Below the pieces are notes generated by a model. The model ran no database searches. It was not told where the DNA came from and worked only from the letters and a program-made list of their open reading frames with translations. Below are positions 9,583 through 18,354 of a DNA stretch of 46,573 bases, one piece after another. This DNA is from Prevotellaceae bacterium (GTDB taxonomy: Bacteria; Bacteroidota; Bacteroidia; Bacteroidales; Bacteroidaceae): NCBI GenBank assembly GCA_022508585.1, contig JAFLUU010000001.1:1-46573 (forward strand), given 5' to 3'. A program made the translations under genes and the position numbers. Each line of letters opens with the position of its first letter. The first letter of the stretch is position 1.

Positions 9583-9620
9583 ATGTGCCCTGTACGAATT
9601 ATCATTCATGCAGGGCACAT
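9583..9620. terminator. Bidirectional hairpin between convergent genes
   Basis: atgtgccctg and cagggcacat form a 10-bp perfect stem around an 18-nt loop, between the gene ends at 9521 and 9639. Confidence 0.5.
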
Positions 9621-9638
9621 TCTTCGAATAGACGGATA

Positions 9639-11444
9639 TTATCTCAACACTTTCTTATCATTATAAATGTAGATTCCGTTAGTAGGACTCTCTACAACGC
9701 GACCTTGGAGGTCGTAATACGTATTAGGCTTGCCTCTTGAAACCTTAGTCGTGGCGGAATATTCGGAAACAACATCATCAATAGCAGTAATAGACACCGG
9801 CTGATAAACACGCACCCAGTCGAACTGCGTTTCATAGGTATGATTAGTGTCAGCATTGGCAGCCCACGAGCCATTGCCTACACTCTGATTAAGAATGAGG
9901 TAGAATGGTGCATCGAAAGGCCACTGCCCGTTGTTAAGCGCATTGCTGTCAGTACTTTTAGTGTAAGACCACACAAGTACACCGTCAACGTACCACGTTA
10001 TGGCCTTCTCATTCCAATCCATAGCGAAAGTATGCCAACAATCATAGTCGAGATTGCTCTTAGTCTGCGAGTTAGTGCCTTGATGCAGGTTGTACGTCCA
10101 GTTTGTGTGGATAGTGTGCCAGCTTTGGGTGGAGTTGTCAATTGTCTCCCAAATGTCAATTTCGCCATCGTTGGGCCAGCCATTCACAGTCTTGGCAGGC
10201 ATCATCCAGAAAGCGGGGAAATTGCCCTTCCACTGGTTCGTTTTGATACGAGCCTCAACATGACCATAGCGGAAGTCGAAACGCCCTTCACTTTTGATGC
10301 CGCCGGTAATCATAGGCACATTGTCGCCGGCAGTATCAGGGTTTGGAATTGCAAGACAATGCAACGAGCCGTCCTTTTCATAGACCACAAGCGGAGAATC
10401 GGAGCACCAGCGGTTCCAGGTAGCATTGCGACGCGGAGTACGCTGCCACTTGTCGGCTGTAGGCTCGCCCTCGCCGTCAAATTCGTCGCTGAAAACCAAT
10501 ACATCGGCAAGATCGCTGCTACGTTCCCACAAGGCAGTTATACGTATGTCGCCGTCCACGCTGTCGGCAGGAACGGTAGTCAAAGCTTTCTTGGCCTCGA
10601 CCCGATATTCGCCCCATTGGCGTTGTCCGTCCACATACTGAGAGCCGTCAAGGTTCTTGCCATGACGGATTACCACGCTGTCAGGGCAGGAATAGCCGTT
10701 CATACCCTGCGCAGAGAAGGTAAACGATTGACCAAGGACGATCTTGTCGCCAAAACCGCCGCCGTTGGTTTTAGGATAGATGTTACCGTTACGAGTAATG
10801 ATAGTCATCTTTGCCATTCGCGGCACCCTTTCCTCCAATATGGCGATACAAGTCTCGTAATCTTCGGGCACATTGTCGTTTTCCGCGATCTCCCAAAGAG
10901 AACCCGCGTCATCCGTAGACCATACACTGATAGGATAGTCCAACTGAGGCGCAGCACACATATAATTCCTTACACCCTCAGTCGTAAGGAAGGCAAAACC
11001 GCCCTCAAGCTCGGTAATGCTGACCGGAGTAGGCGTATCGAGCAGACGAGTGGCCTGCGTGCCGCCGGTTGTTCCGACATTAAGGAACTTCTGCGCACCC
11101 ACATTATATATATACCACTCCTCTTCGTAGCTCACAAACATCCACGCGCCTTGCGGAGAGGTTGCGTCGAAAGGTTCCGAGTACGACTTATTTTTTACCG
11201 CGTGTCCGGCGTCGCCCGTCATGCCGGCAGCCCACACATTCGTCTGATTGTTAGAGGGAGAGTAGATAGCGTATGCCGTAAAGTGCGGATTATAAATCGT
11301 ATAGGTCTTGCGTTGAGACAATTCGCCTATCGAGCTGACCGTATTTTGCGCACTGGCTGTACATGCCAATAATGCAACGAGAAGAACAAGTTTACGCCCA
11401 AGTCCCAATGCGGACACAAGGGCATCTTTACGAAGTTTTTTCAT
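9639..11444 (-). CDS. Secreted glycoside hydrolase family 16 (beta-glucanase-like) with a T9SS C-terminal sorting domain
   Basis: A signal peptide is present. The GH16 catalytic motif is DGEIDIWE (ExDxxE). The C-terminus YYDLQGRVVESPTNGIYIYNDKKVLR is typical of T9SS type A sorting domains. Confidence 0.8.
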   Translation of the reverse strand: MKKLRKDALVSALGLGRKLVLLVALLACTASAQNTVSSIGELSQRKTYTIYNPHFTAYAIYSPSNNQTNVWAAGMTGDAGHAVKNKSYSEPFDATSPQGAWMFVSYEEEWYIYNVGAQKFLNVGTTGGTQATRLLDTPTPVSITELEGGFAFLTTEGVRNYMCAAPQLDYPISVWSTDDAGSLWEIAENDNVPEDYETCIAILEERVPRMAKMTIITRNGNIYPKTNGGGFGDKIVLGQSFTFSAQGMNGYSCPDSVVIRHGKNLDGSQYVDGQRQWGEYRVEAKKALTTVPADSVDGDIRITALWERSSDLADVLVFSDEFDGEGEPTADKWQRTPRRNATWNRWCSDSPLVVYEKDGSLHCLAIPNPDTAGDNVPMITGGIKSEGRFDFRYGHVEARIKTNQWKGNFPAFWMMPAKTVNGWPNDGEIDIWETIDNSTQSWHTIHTNWTYNLHQGTNSQTKSNLDYDCWHTFAMDWNEKAITWYVDGVLVWSYTKSTDSNALNNGQWPFDAPFYLILNQSVGNGSWAANADTNHTYETQFDWVRVYQPVSITAIDDVVSEYSATTKVSRGKPNTYYDLQGRVVESPTNGIYIYNDKKVLR

Positions 11445-11464
11445 AGGTATTATTGTTTAGGTTA

Positions 11465-12787
11465 CTATTTAGTCATCTCCTGCTCGATAGCACGAATTTC
11501 CTCTTTGTAATTCGGCGCCGTCTTAATCTTTATATCCACCTGCCGACAGGCGTGTAGCACCGTGGTGTGGTCGCGTCGACCGATGTGCAGCCCTATTTGC
11601 GTGCTGCTCATGTTCGTATGCTTCTGCATCAGATACATGGCAATCTGCCTGGCCTTCACAATGTTAGCCTTGCGCGAGGCAGAGTCCATATCCTTGTGCG
11701 TAATCTTGTAGAACTTGCACGTAGTGCTTACCACCAGTTCCGGAGTAATCACTTTAGCCTTAAAACGCACCAAGCGAGAGACTATACGCTCCGTCATTTC
11801 GAGCGTAATCTCGCTGTCGTTGAGTATAGACTGCACAAGGAGCGAGTTGATCACACCCTCCAGATCGCGCACGTTATCCGTTACATTCGTCGCAATATAG
11901 TCCACCACGTTTTTGGGGATATTCAGCTGATTTTTACGTATCTTAGCTTTCAGAATATTGCGGCGCAACTGTTCATCGGGGCGCAAAATTTCAGCAGTAG
12001 CCCCCATAACGAAACGCGAACTTACCCGCTCCTCAAAACCCTCCAACTTTGAGGGTGCTTTATCGGACGTAAAGATGATTTGCCGCCCGTTGCGCTGCAG
12101 ATGGTTGAAGATGTTGAACAGCGCCTCCTGCGTCTTGGCCTTACCCGAAATCTCATGTATATCATCCACTATCAGACAGTCGATAGACTGGTAGAAATAC
12201 ATAAAGTCATTAAACTTATTCTTCGGTACAGAGTCCGTGTACTGAATAAGGAAGTCGTGCGCCGAGACATAAAGCACTCGCTTCGAAGGATCATTCTCCA
12301 ATATTTTCAGACCAACCGCGTTAACCAAATGAGACTTGCCGACACCGGAGCTTCCGTATAGGAAAAAAGGGTTAAACGCGGTCTGCATCGGCTTAGTCGC
12401 GATAGTCATAGCTATAGAGCGCGCCAATTTGTTAGCATCACCCTTAACGAAGTTATCAAAAGTGTAAGCATCGCTCAGATGCGAATTAAAAATCGGTCTG
12501 GTGGGCTTCACCTCGTTAGCCACAGGCATATTGACAGGCGCTTCCTCCTTGACCCGTATATCCACATCGATAACCCCGAACACTTTGTCGACTTCCGCCT
12601 GCAGCATTTGGCCAAAATGCTCGGCCAAGTACTCGTAGAAGAAATTATTAGGCACCTGTAGGAACACTTTGTCCTCCTCCACTCCGAGAAAGACGATATG
12701 CTCAAACCATGTAGCGAACGTGTCTTGAGAAATCCGGGGGCGGATAGCCTCAAGCACCTCAGTCCATTTGTCTTGGTTCGCAATCAT
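11465..12787 (-). CDS. dnaA: Chromosomal replication initiator protein DnaA
   Basis: The AAA+ Walker A (GSSGVGKSHL), Walker B (LIVDDIH) and C-terminal DNA-binding domain (ARQIAMYL, IGRRDHTTVLHA) are all present. Confidence 0.95.
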   Translation of the reverse strand: MIANQDKWTEVLEAIRPRISQDTFATWFEHIVFLGVEEDKVFLQVPNNFFYEYLAEHFGQMLQAEVDKVFGVIDVDIRVKEEAPVNMPVANEVKPTRPIFNSHLSDAYTFDNFVKGDANKLARSIAMTIATKPMQTAFNPFFLYGSSGVGKSHLVNAVGLKILENDPSKRVLYVSAHDFLIQYTDSVPKNKFNDFMYFYQSIDCLIVDDIHEISGKAKTQEALFNIFNHLQRNGRQIIFTSDKAPSKLEGFEERVSSRFVMGATAEILRPDEQLRRNILKAKIRKNQLNIPKNVVDYIATNVTDNVRDLEGVINSLLVQSILNDSEITLEMTERIVSRLVRFKAKVITPELVVSTTCKFYKITHKDMDSASRKANIVKARQIAMYLMQKHTNMSSTQIGLHIGRRDHTTVLHACRQVDIKIKTAPNYKEEIRAIEQEMTK

Positions 12788-12822
12788 GGTATTTATATCA
12801 TCGTTGCACTATAAACGGACTG

Positions 12823-12830
12823 CAAATTTA
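12823..12830 (-). promoter_or_regulatory. -7 promoter box (TAAATTTG on the minus strand) for dnaA
   Basis: TAnnTTTG match, 36 nt upstream of the dnaA ATG. Confidence 0.5.
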
Positions 12831-12945
12831 ATGTAAATTAAGCAAAATACAGTACCACGAGGGCACTTTTTATCAGATTTGCACAACAGAGACGTGAAGA
12901 AAGCCTATAACGTTATTTATAAATAATCTCTATATAAACAACTTT

Positions 12946-15900
12946 CTAAGACATTGGCTTTATCATTGATTCAATAAAGTTTATTTCTTCTTCAGTTAAA
13001 TTGTATTTCCGATATAGTTGCTTATCTATTTCTGCCACACTCTTGCTCCAATCTATATCCGACTTTGCCGTAAAGTCTTGAATTGGAACAAAAGCAAAAC
13101 TATCTCTTGAGATTTGTTGTGTAATGACTTTTAATGATAGTAGATAACGTAAGAATTTTGTACATAAATATTTTGCAGCATTATCTACAATAATTTTATC
13201 CGCGGAATGGTAGACGAGAAGATAAGTCTCCGAGCAAATAACATTGGGTTCTAAAACTTTAACCTTAGGAAGAACCTTTCGTTTTCCGTCTTTATCTGCA
13301 CGACCAGCCGATTCACTTGCTCTTGAACAAATAACTTTCCATTCATCCACGACATTACTATTTACAACAACATCTGCGCGGTCAACATACGACACGCCTT
13401 GACGTCCATACAAGGCAACAGACGACGAATTACTATTCTCGTAGCCAACATAATTTGTCGGGAATCCAAAAGGTTTCCTACTAAATACAATAGAAGATAA
13501 TGTCTCTTCTTCTTTACTCGACACTTTTTGCAGTAAATCTATAGCAGCAGTACTTCTTACAAATACAGAATGTTCGTTTAGTTTTCTATAAGACACCTTT
13601 CGCTCTCCTGCTGTTATATTTTCAAAGCGGCACTCTCCGTGATAATCATGTTCGTGAAGAAAGTAGCATATTCCTCCTGCTATATTGACTGTCGGAAAAA
13701 TATCTCTGGAGTCAGTATAGTCAAACAAAGTTTTTATGCGGTCATCATTCAGCATGTCCTCTCTAAAAGCATCGAGCCCCTTACCTCCAGCGTACCACCT
13801 TGCTGGCATAATCATCGACATATAGTTAGGTATAAGCCTCTTTGCCATATCAACAAACAAGTTATAAACAGGAATTGCGCTCGCTTGTGCTCCTCCGTCC
13901 ATTTCTTGATACGGCGGATTACCTACTATCGCTTTTATTCTCATATCTTTTCCTACAAGATTGCTAACTTTCTTTATAAAAAGTTCCGGCTGGTTTTTAA
14001 TTTTGTTGATTAAGTCATCGGGAGCCCACATATTGGTCTTGCCTTTGCGGAAGCCAAACAGTGTGCGGCGCGTGATAGTTTTTGCCATAGGCGTTTTGCA
14101 TATCACAAAAATGTTATCTGCTATTACTGCGTCCCAAATAGCCTGATGCTCAGCGAGAGTGCGAGGCGAGGAAACATTATCGCGCAGACGCGAACGATAG
14201 ACATTATATGCCAAATACAGCGGATAAAGTCCTGATTTGCTGTTAATCTCAAGCAAACACGCGTCGGGACGGAACACATCGGCGGTAACATTGTCGCGCT
14301 CCACGAAGCGCGGCTCTTCTATAGTGTCGGAGAAGTCCTCATTGAAGAAAGTGTAGCCTCCAAGGCAGTCGCTCATATGCATATTGACCACGCGCCACGG
14401 TGTAAGCACCGTTTCCTTATCAGGATTGCGGAAAGTGCTGAAAATATCAGCGATGCGCCCGATGCGTTCCTCCACCGTTAGGTTGTCTGCCGCGCGAGCC
14501 ATTTGTCTGATGCGCTTAGCCGCAGCAGTAAAAATGTCGGGATCGTAATATTTCTTGAAATCATTGAAATGTTCCTTGCTCACACCGCGCGGCATAAACT
14601 CTTCCCATGATGTGTCGTCGACAAGCGCGGTGAAATTATCTATCGTCAGCTCCCTGTCCTCGTCCACGATGTTTGCACCATATATAAGCAGGGGCATACG
14701 GATGCTGATGCCGCGCAGTATGGAGATAGCATCGTCTCTTAGCTTGCGCCGCTTTGCCAATTCCTCGCGGCGAGCACGCTCTTCGTCGCTAAGCTCGCTT
14801 TTCTTTTTCTTGTTAAGCCTCTCCATCTCGGCATACTCCTCATTAGTCAGCCCCTGCTCGTTGACAGCAATCTTATTCGACTTAGCAATCGCTTTGGTCT
14901 TGCCGATAATGCCCTTGAGGTTGTTAAACTCCTTGAGTTCAAGTGCAGAGAGCTTCATCAGCTCGTCGTTATATAGGTAGCCGTCCTCAAAACCATTGCG
15001 CACCACTCTCTCCACATACACGCGCTTAAGCTGTTGGAGCATCTGCTCCGTGTCATACTGCTTCATTCGGCTGCCCTCAATGCCGATGACGGGGCAGAAG
15101 TTGAGAAACTCTCTCAGTAGCCTGCGGTCATCGTCCGTCTGCTTGCCGGCCTTGCGCGACACCTTGGCCGTCTCGGCTAATACGCGCAGCGTGCGGTCGG
15201 GGGCGAAGTCAAAGACATAGCAATCCTCCTTGACGCGCCCACAGATGGTGGCAGGCGTCTGCACACGGAAGATGGTCTGCATATAACTCGCGGCAGCAGT
15301 GTTGTAATTGCCCGACAGCATCAGCACGCCCGTCCATGCCGGCACACTGACACCCGTAGTCAGCCTGCCGCACGACAGCGTGATGGTCTCGGTGGCCGAC
15401 GGGTCAGCAGTGATTGCCTGTTGCACTTTTTCGAGAGCGTTATTATAACGCCGGGTATCGTCGTCTTCTTTTACCCCCATGTCGCCGGCCACATTCACTA
15501 TCTTCACGCCGCGTGCTCCGAAGCAGTCGTGGTCTAAGAGCATCTGCTCGAGGGCGGCAGCCTCCTTCACGCCCGGCACTATCCACAGCGTGTGGCGAAA
15601 GATATTGCGGTAGCGCTCGTTGGCAAAGGGATACATGCTGTGCTCATCGGTCTTGGTCAGCAAGTTAAGGAAGCTCTGAATATATCGCTTATGCACAAAC
15701 TCGCCGCTATCGTCGACACGAAAGAACTCCTTGAAGTTGAAAGCCAGTTCTTCATCGGCAAACTCGTTAAGCAGACGCCCGAGGTCATAGGTATAGATGT
15801 GCATCGTGGGCAGCGCGGCGTAGGGGTTGTGGTCGCCCGGGTGGTCGATGTCCCATTGCGCCTTGGCGCGCTGCTCCATCACATAGTCCCATGTGTAAAT

Positions 15901-16914
15901 CTCGTCCTCGCTGTAGTCATTGAGCAGATTAAAGGGCGTACCCGAGAGGTTGAGCACCTTGGTAGTCTCCTTCACAAGCTCATTCAGCACACTCTTTCCT
16001 AATTCGGTCTGAGTGCCTTCGTGAGCCTCGTCCACGATTATCAAATCCCACTCCGCCGAGAACAGTTCATCGTTCTTGTCGAAGTGGCCGCCCACCAACT
16101 CCGAGCCGCGCAAGTCCTGCATCGACGCAAAGTAGACATAGCCGCCCTCTCCCTTCCTCGAGCGGCTCTCAAGCGACTGAAAGCTCTCGCTTTTACTCTT
16201 AGAGCCGTACATAAATGTGGCATCGTCATAAAAAATCTTGCCGAAATCTTCAAACCACCCCTCGTCCACCACCGGACGGTGCGTCAGTATGAGCACACGC
16301 TGCATAGGCTGATGCTTCTTGCCGTCAGCCACAGTCTGATTCCACTCCTTCACCACCTGCAAGGCCGACAGCGTCTTGCCGAAGCGCATCTTGGCGTTCC
16401 AGAGCATCTTGTTGCTGCGCCGAAAGTGCTTGAGCGTGCTGCCGATAGCCTCTCTTTGCTCCGCACGAAACACTATAGGCGACCTACGCGTGCCGACCTG
16501 CCCTGCATTGAGCGCAGCCCTGCCTGCCTTGGCGGCAGCAATTGCCTGTTTGGCTGTCTCAAGGTCGCACACATACCACTCGTTGGCACCGTCCACATGG
16601 GGAAACTTCTTTTTCTTCACACCCGAGCGGTCAAGCACCTCATGCACTTTATGATCATTGATGCCGCAGAGCCTGCCGCCCTTAGAGAATATCGCCACCT
16701 CGGTGTGCAGCAGCTCATAGGCGATGCCGGCTGTCTTAGTGTACTGGTCGATGCGCCGGCGCGCCGTCCTGTTGAGTACAACGCTGTTAGGCGGCAGATT
16801 GATGTCGCCGTCCTCGAAAGTAGCCTCGCCAATCTTTACACAATCACGGTGCGCCGCGTCATTGATGCGGAACACATAAATCAATTTGGCCTTAAGGTCA
16901 GAAAAATACTCCAT
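12946..16914 (-). CDS. 1322-aa fusion protein with a T5orf172/GIY-YIG-like nuclease domain, an SF2 (ResIII/SNF2-like) helicase, a charged coiled-coil coupler, a gamma-class N6-adenine DNA methyltransferase (Eco57I/TaqI-like) and a target-recognition domain. It is a Type ISP-like restriction-modification or defence enzyme.
   Basis: aa 8-125: LIYVF..VKIGEAT..RRRI..HEVL..NEWY (T5orf172/GIY-YIG pattern). Helicase motif I is AKMRFGKT (16372-16395), motif II is IIVDEAH (around 16021-16035), motif III is LSGTP, and motif VI is QTIFRVQT. aa 690-730 form a Lys/Arg/Glu-rich coiled coil. MTase motif X is ETVLTPWRVVN (around 14383-14403), motif I-like is LLEINSKSGLYP (14221-14256), and motif IV is NPPY (13909-13920). 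The C-terminal TRD ends LYRKYNLTEEEINFIESMIKPM. Confidence 0.8.
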   Translation of the reverse strand: MEYFSDLKAKLIYVFRINDAAHRDCVKIGEATFEDGDINLPPNSVVLNRTARRRIDQYTKTAGIAYELLHTEVAIFSKGGRLCGINDHKVHEVLDRSGVKKKKFPHVDGANEWYVCDLETAKQAIAAAKAGRAALNAGQVGTRRSPIVFRAEQREAIGSTLKHFRRSNKMLWNAKMRFGKTLSALQVVKEWNQTVADGKKHQPMQRVLILTHRPVVDEGWFEDFGKIFYDDATFMYGSKSKSESFQSLESRSRKGEGGYVYFASMQDLRGSELVGGHFDKNDELFSAEWDLIIVDEAHEGTQTELGKSVLNELVKETTKVLNLSGTPFNLLNDYSEDEIYTWDYVMEQRAKAQWDIDHPGDHNPYAALPTMHIYTYDLGRLLNEFADEELAFNFKEFFRVDDSGEFVHKRYIQSFLNLLTKTDEHSMYPFANERYRNIFRHTLWIVPGVKEAAALEQMLLDHDCFGARGVKIVNVAGDMGVKEDDDTRRYNNALEKVQQAITADPSATETITLSCGRLTTGVSVPAWTGVLMLSGNYNTAAASYMQTIFRVQTPATICGRVKEDCYVFDFAPDRTLRVLAETAKVSRKAGKQTDDDRRLLREFLNFCPVIGIEGSRMKQYDTEQMLQQLKRVYVERVVRNGFEDGYLYNDELMKLSALELKEFNNLKGIIGKTKAIAKSNKIAVNEQGLTNEEYAEMERLNKKKKSELSDEERARREELAKRRKLRDDAISILRGISIRMPLLIYGANIVDEDRELTIDNFTALVDDTSWEEFMPRGVSKEHFNDFKKYYDPDIFTAAAKRIRQMARAADNLTVEERIGRIADIFSTFRNPDKETVLTPWRVVNMHMSDCLGGYTFFNEDFSDTIEEPRFVERDNVTADVFRPDACLLEINSKSGLYPLYLAYNVYRSRLRDNVSSPRTLAEHQAIWDAVIADNIFVICKTPMAKTITRRTLFGFRKGKTNMWAPDDLINKIKNQPELFIKKVSNLVGKDMRIKAIVGNPPYQEMDGGAQASAIPVYNLFVDMAKRLIPNYMSMIMPARWYAGGKGLDAFREDMLNDDRIKTLFDYTDSRDIFPTVNIAGGICYFLHEHDYHGECRFENITAGERKVSYRKLNEHSVFVRSTAAIDLLQKVSSKEEETLSSIVFSRKPFGFPTNYVGYENSNSSSVALYGRQGVSYVDRADVVVNSNVVDEWKVICSRASESAGRADKDGKRKVLPKVKVLEPNVICSETYLLVYHSADKIIVDNAAKYLCTKFLRYLLSLKVITQQISRDSFAFVPIQDFTAKSDIDWSKSVAEIDKQLYRKYNLTEEEINFIESMIKPMS

Positions 16915-16918
16915 ATCG

Positions 16919-17935
16919 CTATCCTTTAATCAAGTCCACAAATCTTATTTTCTGCTTCTCCCCTTTTGCGCTCCAGTCCTTCACGAGCGCATAAGTGCCA
17001 TTGTGGGCGCGCAGCTCGTCAGTCCTGCACCCTTGGCAGTGCTCGATGCGCTCCACCGTCCCGAATAATTCCTCCTCCACCTCCCTGCGTTCGCCGCAAG
17101 AGTCGGGGACGACACATTTCAAACCGTCCATCTGCCAGATGTTCCAAGAGATGATGTAAGCAATGTATTTTACGGACTTCAGCAGCGGCTCCCTTTCAAA
17201 CTTAGCCTTATAATAGTCCGTAAAAGTATGTAACAAGTTCATACGCGCCAGCAGCAGGTTGTCGCCCTGCCAGTCATAGCCGTAGATGCTCTGATAAGCC
17301 GACTGCGCCGCCTTAAGCCATTCGGCGGAAGTCTCGCAGTTTTCGCTAACCACCCTCAGCTTGCGGTCAAGCAAGCCGATGCGTTCCTCTATGGGGATAA
17401 ACCTGCCGGTAGTAGCGTCATAGCGGCTCACAAGGTAGGGAGCTTCGCCGCAAGTAATCTCAAGGCGGTTTTCATTGACATAGCTGCGCCAAGTTTTACC
17501 CTCGGGAAAGTTCACTGGCTCCTTGTTTACTGTCCAAGAGTGGCTGCCGTCGGGAGCATCTACCTCGACATTAAACACACCCTCGCGGCCGAACCACGCA
17601 GAGTCCACCAAGTTGTTCTGCGCATTGCAAATCCACGACGGAGTGAACACCTCCGCCATCTCCTTAGCCCTCGCCTGCTGACTCAAGCGCGACTTGAGCA
17701 CGCGGGGGAGCACCACATCGCTCCGACTGCCGCTCACAAGATGCGACATAATCTCGTCGGCGTAGCCATAGCCTTCGCCAAGCTCCTCATAGTCGTGAGT
17801 AGCCCAAAAGATGTTGCGGCCGGTAGTATGATCGCGGAGCAATATGTCTAATAGCTCCGGCGCATAGTCAGCCAAATCGTTCTCCCTGATGTCTACACCA
17901 AGGTTGTTGCCACTTATAGCATTTGCTTTTGGCAT
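16919..17935 (-). CDS. 338-aa partner protein. It resembles the N-terminal half of a gamma-class N6-adenine methyltransferase (motif X, I and II/III-like), lacks an NPPY-type motif, and has a C-terminal 4-Cys putative zinc-binding cluster.
   Basis: The MTase-like motifs are AEVFTPSWICN (motif X-like), LEITCGEAPYL (compare M.TaqI EPACAHGPFL) and IYGYDWQGDNLLLARMNLL (HsdM/Eco57I motif II-III-like). I found no (N/D)PP(Y/F/W). The Cys cluster is C274-x5-C280...C300-x2-C303. The stop lies 4 nt before the start of the 1322-aa ORF. Confidence 0.65.
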   Translation of the reverse strand: MPKANAISGNNLGVDIRENDLADYAPELLDILLRDHTTGRNIFWATHDYEELGEGYGYADEIMSHLVSGSRSDVVLPRVLKSRLSQQARAKEMAEVFTPSWICNAQNNLVDSAWFGREGVFNVEVDAPDGSHSWTVNKEPVNFPEGKTWRSYVNENRLEITCGEAPYLVSRYDATTGRFIPIEERIGLLDRKLRVVSENCETSAEWLKAAQSAYQSIYGYDWQGDNLLLARMNLLHTFTDYYKAKFEREPLLKSVKYIAYIISWNIWQMDGLKCVVPDSCGERREVEEELFGTVERIEHCQGCRTDELRAHNGTYALVKDWSAKGEKQKIRFVDLIKG

Positions 17936-18218
17936 AATCTATATTTTGGCAAAAGCACTTATCGGGAGTACAGACTCTTAACACAACTTTATAGATACGA
18001 AAAAGCGCGGACGCTTATCCGTACCTGAGGTTGTGAGAAAAGACCTGCCATAAATGATAAGTAATAATCCACGCTATAATGCGCAGACACTATACACTTA
18101 TTCAAATTTAGGCTCTTATGAAACTTCTCACATTTCAGGTACGCCGAATAACTGCTAATGCTGTTAGTATTCCAGTAAAGGGCTGTAGTCTCATCGCGAT
18201 GAGCGTAACAACTCACAG

Positions 18219-18226
18219 CAAAAGTA
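18219..18226 (-). promoter_or_regulatory. Candidate -7 box (TACTTTTG on the minus strand) upstream of the two-gene RM-like operon
   Basis: This is the only TAnnTTTG match I found between 17936 and 18360. It would give a leader of about 280 nt, so the assignment is tentative. Confidence 0.3.
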
Positions 18227-18354
18227 GTAACTTTTTGGGATAAAGCATCTATTTAACTCTAAAAATCGCCACTAAACCACCTCGCCACCACAACAAATTA
18301 GAATATTTTTTGCCCTATGCGTGCGTACATTATTATAAATACTCTATATATTGT

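Noticed and set aside
9840-11372. Long ORFs antisense to real genes. Examples are 9840-11372 (+, 510 aa), 36533-37666 (-, 377 aa), 31150-32349 (+, 399 aa), 16021-16929 (+, 302 aa) and 28736-29512 (+, 258 aa).
   Set aside because: Each lies entirely inside, and opposite to, a gene with strong family motifs (GH16, ABC-F, PorU, the helicase fusion, PorV). Their translations are Arg/His/Leu-rich and low in complexity, with no recognisable domains. They are shadow ORFs.
12788-12945. oriC next to dnaA, meaning a cluster of DnaA boxes in 12788-12945 or 17936-18360.
   Set aside because: I found only isolated two-mismatch matches to TTATCCACA (for example taatccacg and cttatccgta near 18020-18075), with no cluster. 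Genes on both sides point toward this region rather than away from it, which is not the expected origin-proximal orientation. A proper DnaA-box and GC-skew scan on the whole replicon is needed.
17989-18216. Small ORFs in repeat-flanking intergenic DNA, namely 17989-18216 (-, 75 aa) and 35658-35891 (+, 77 aa), as possible toxin, antitoxin or controller proteins.
   Set aside because: Their translations have no recognisable fold signatures and an odd composition. The first would start 3 nt from the only candidate -7 box. The second begins inside the tail of repeat copy D, and its start region is homologous to noncoding sequence at nt 80-125.
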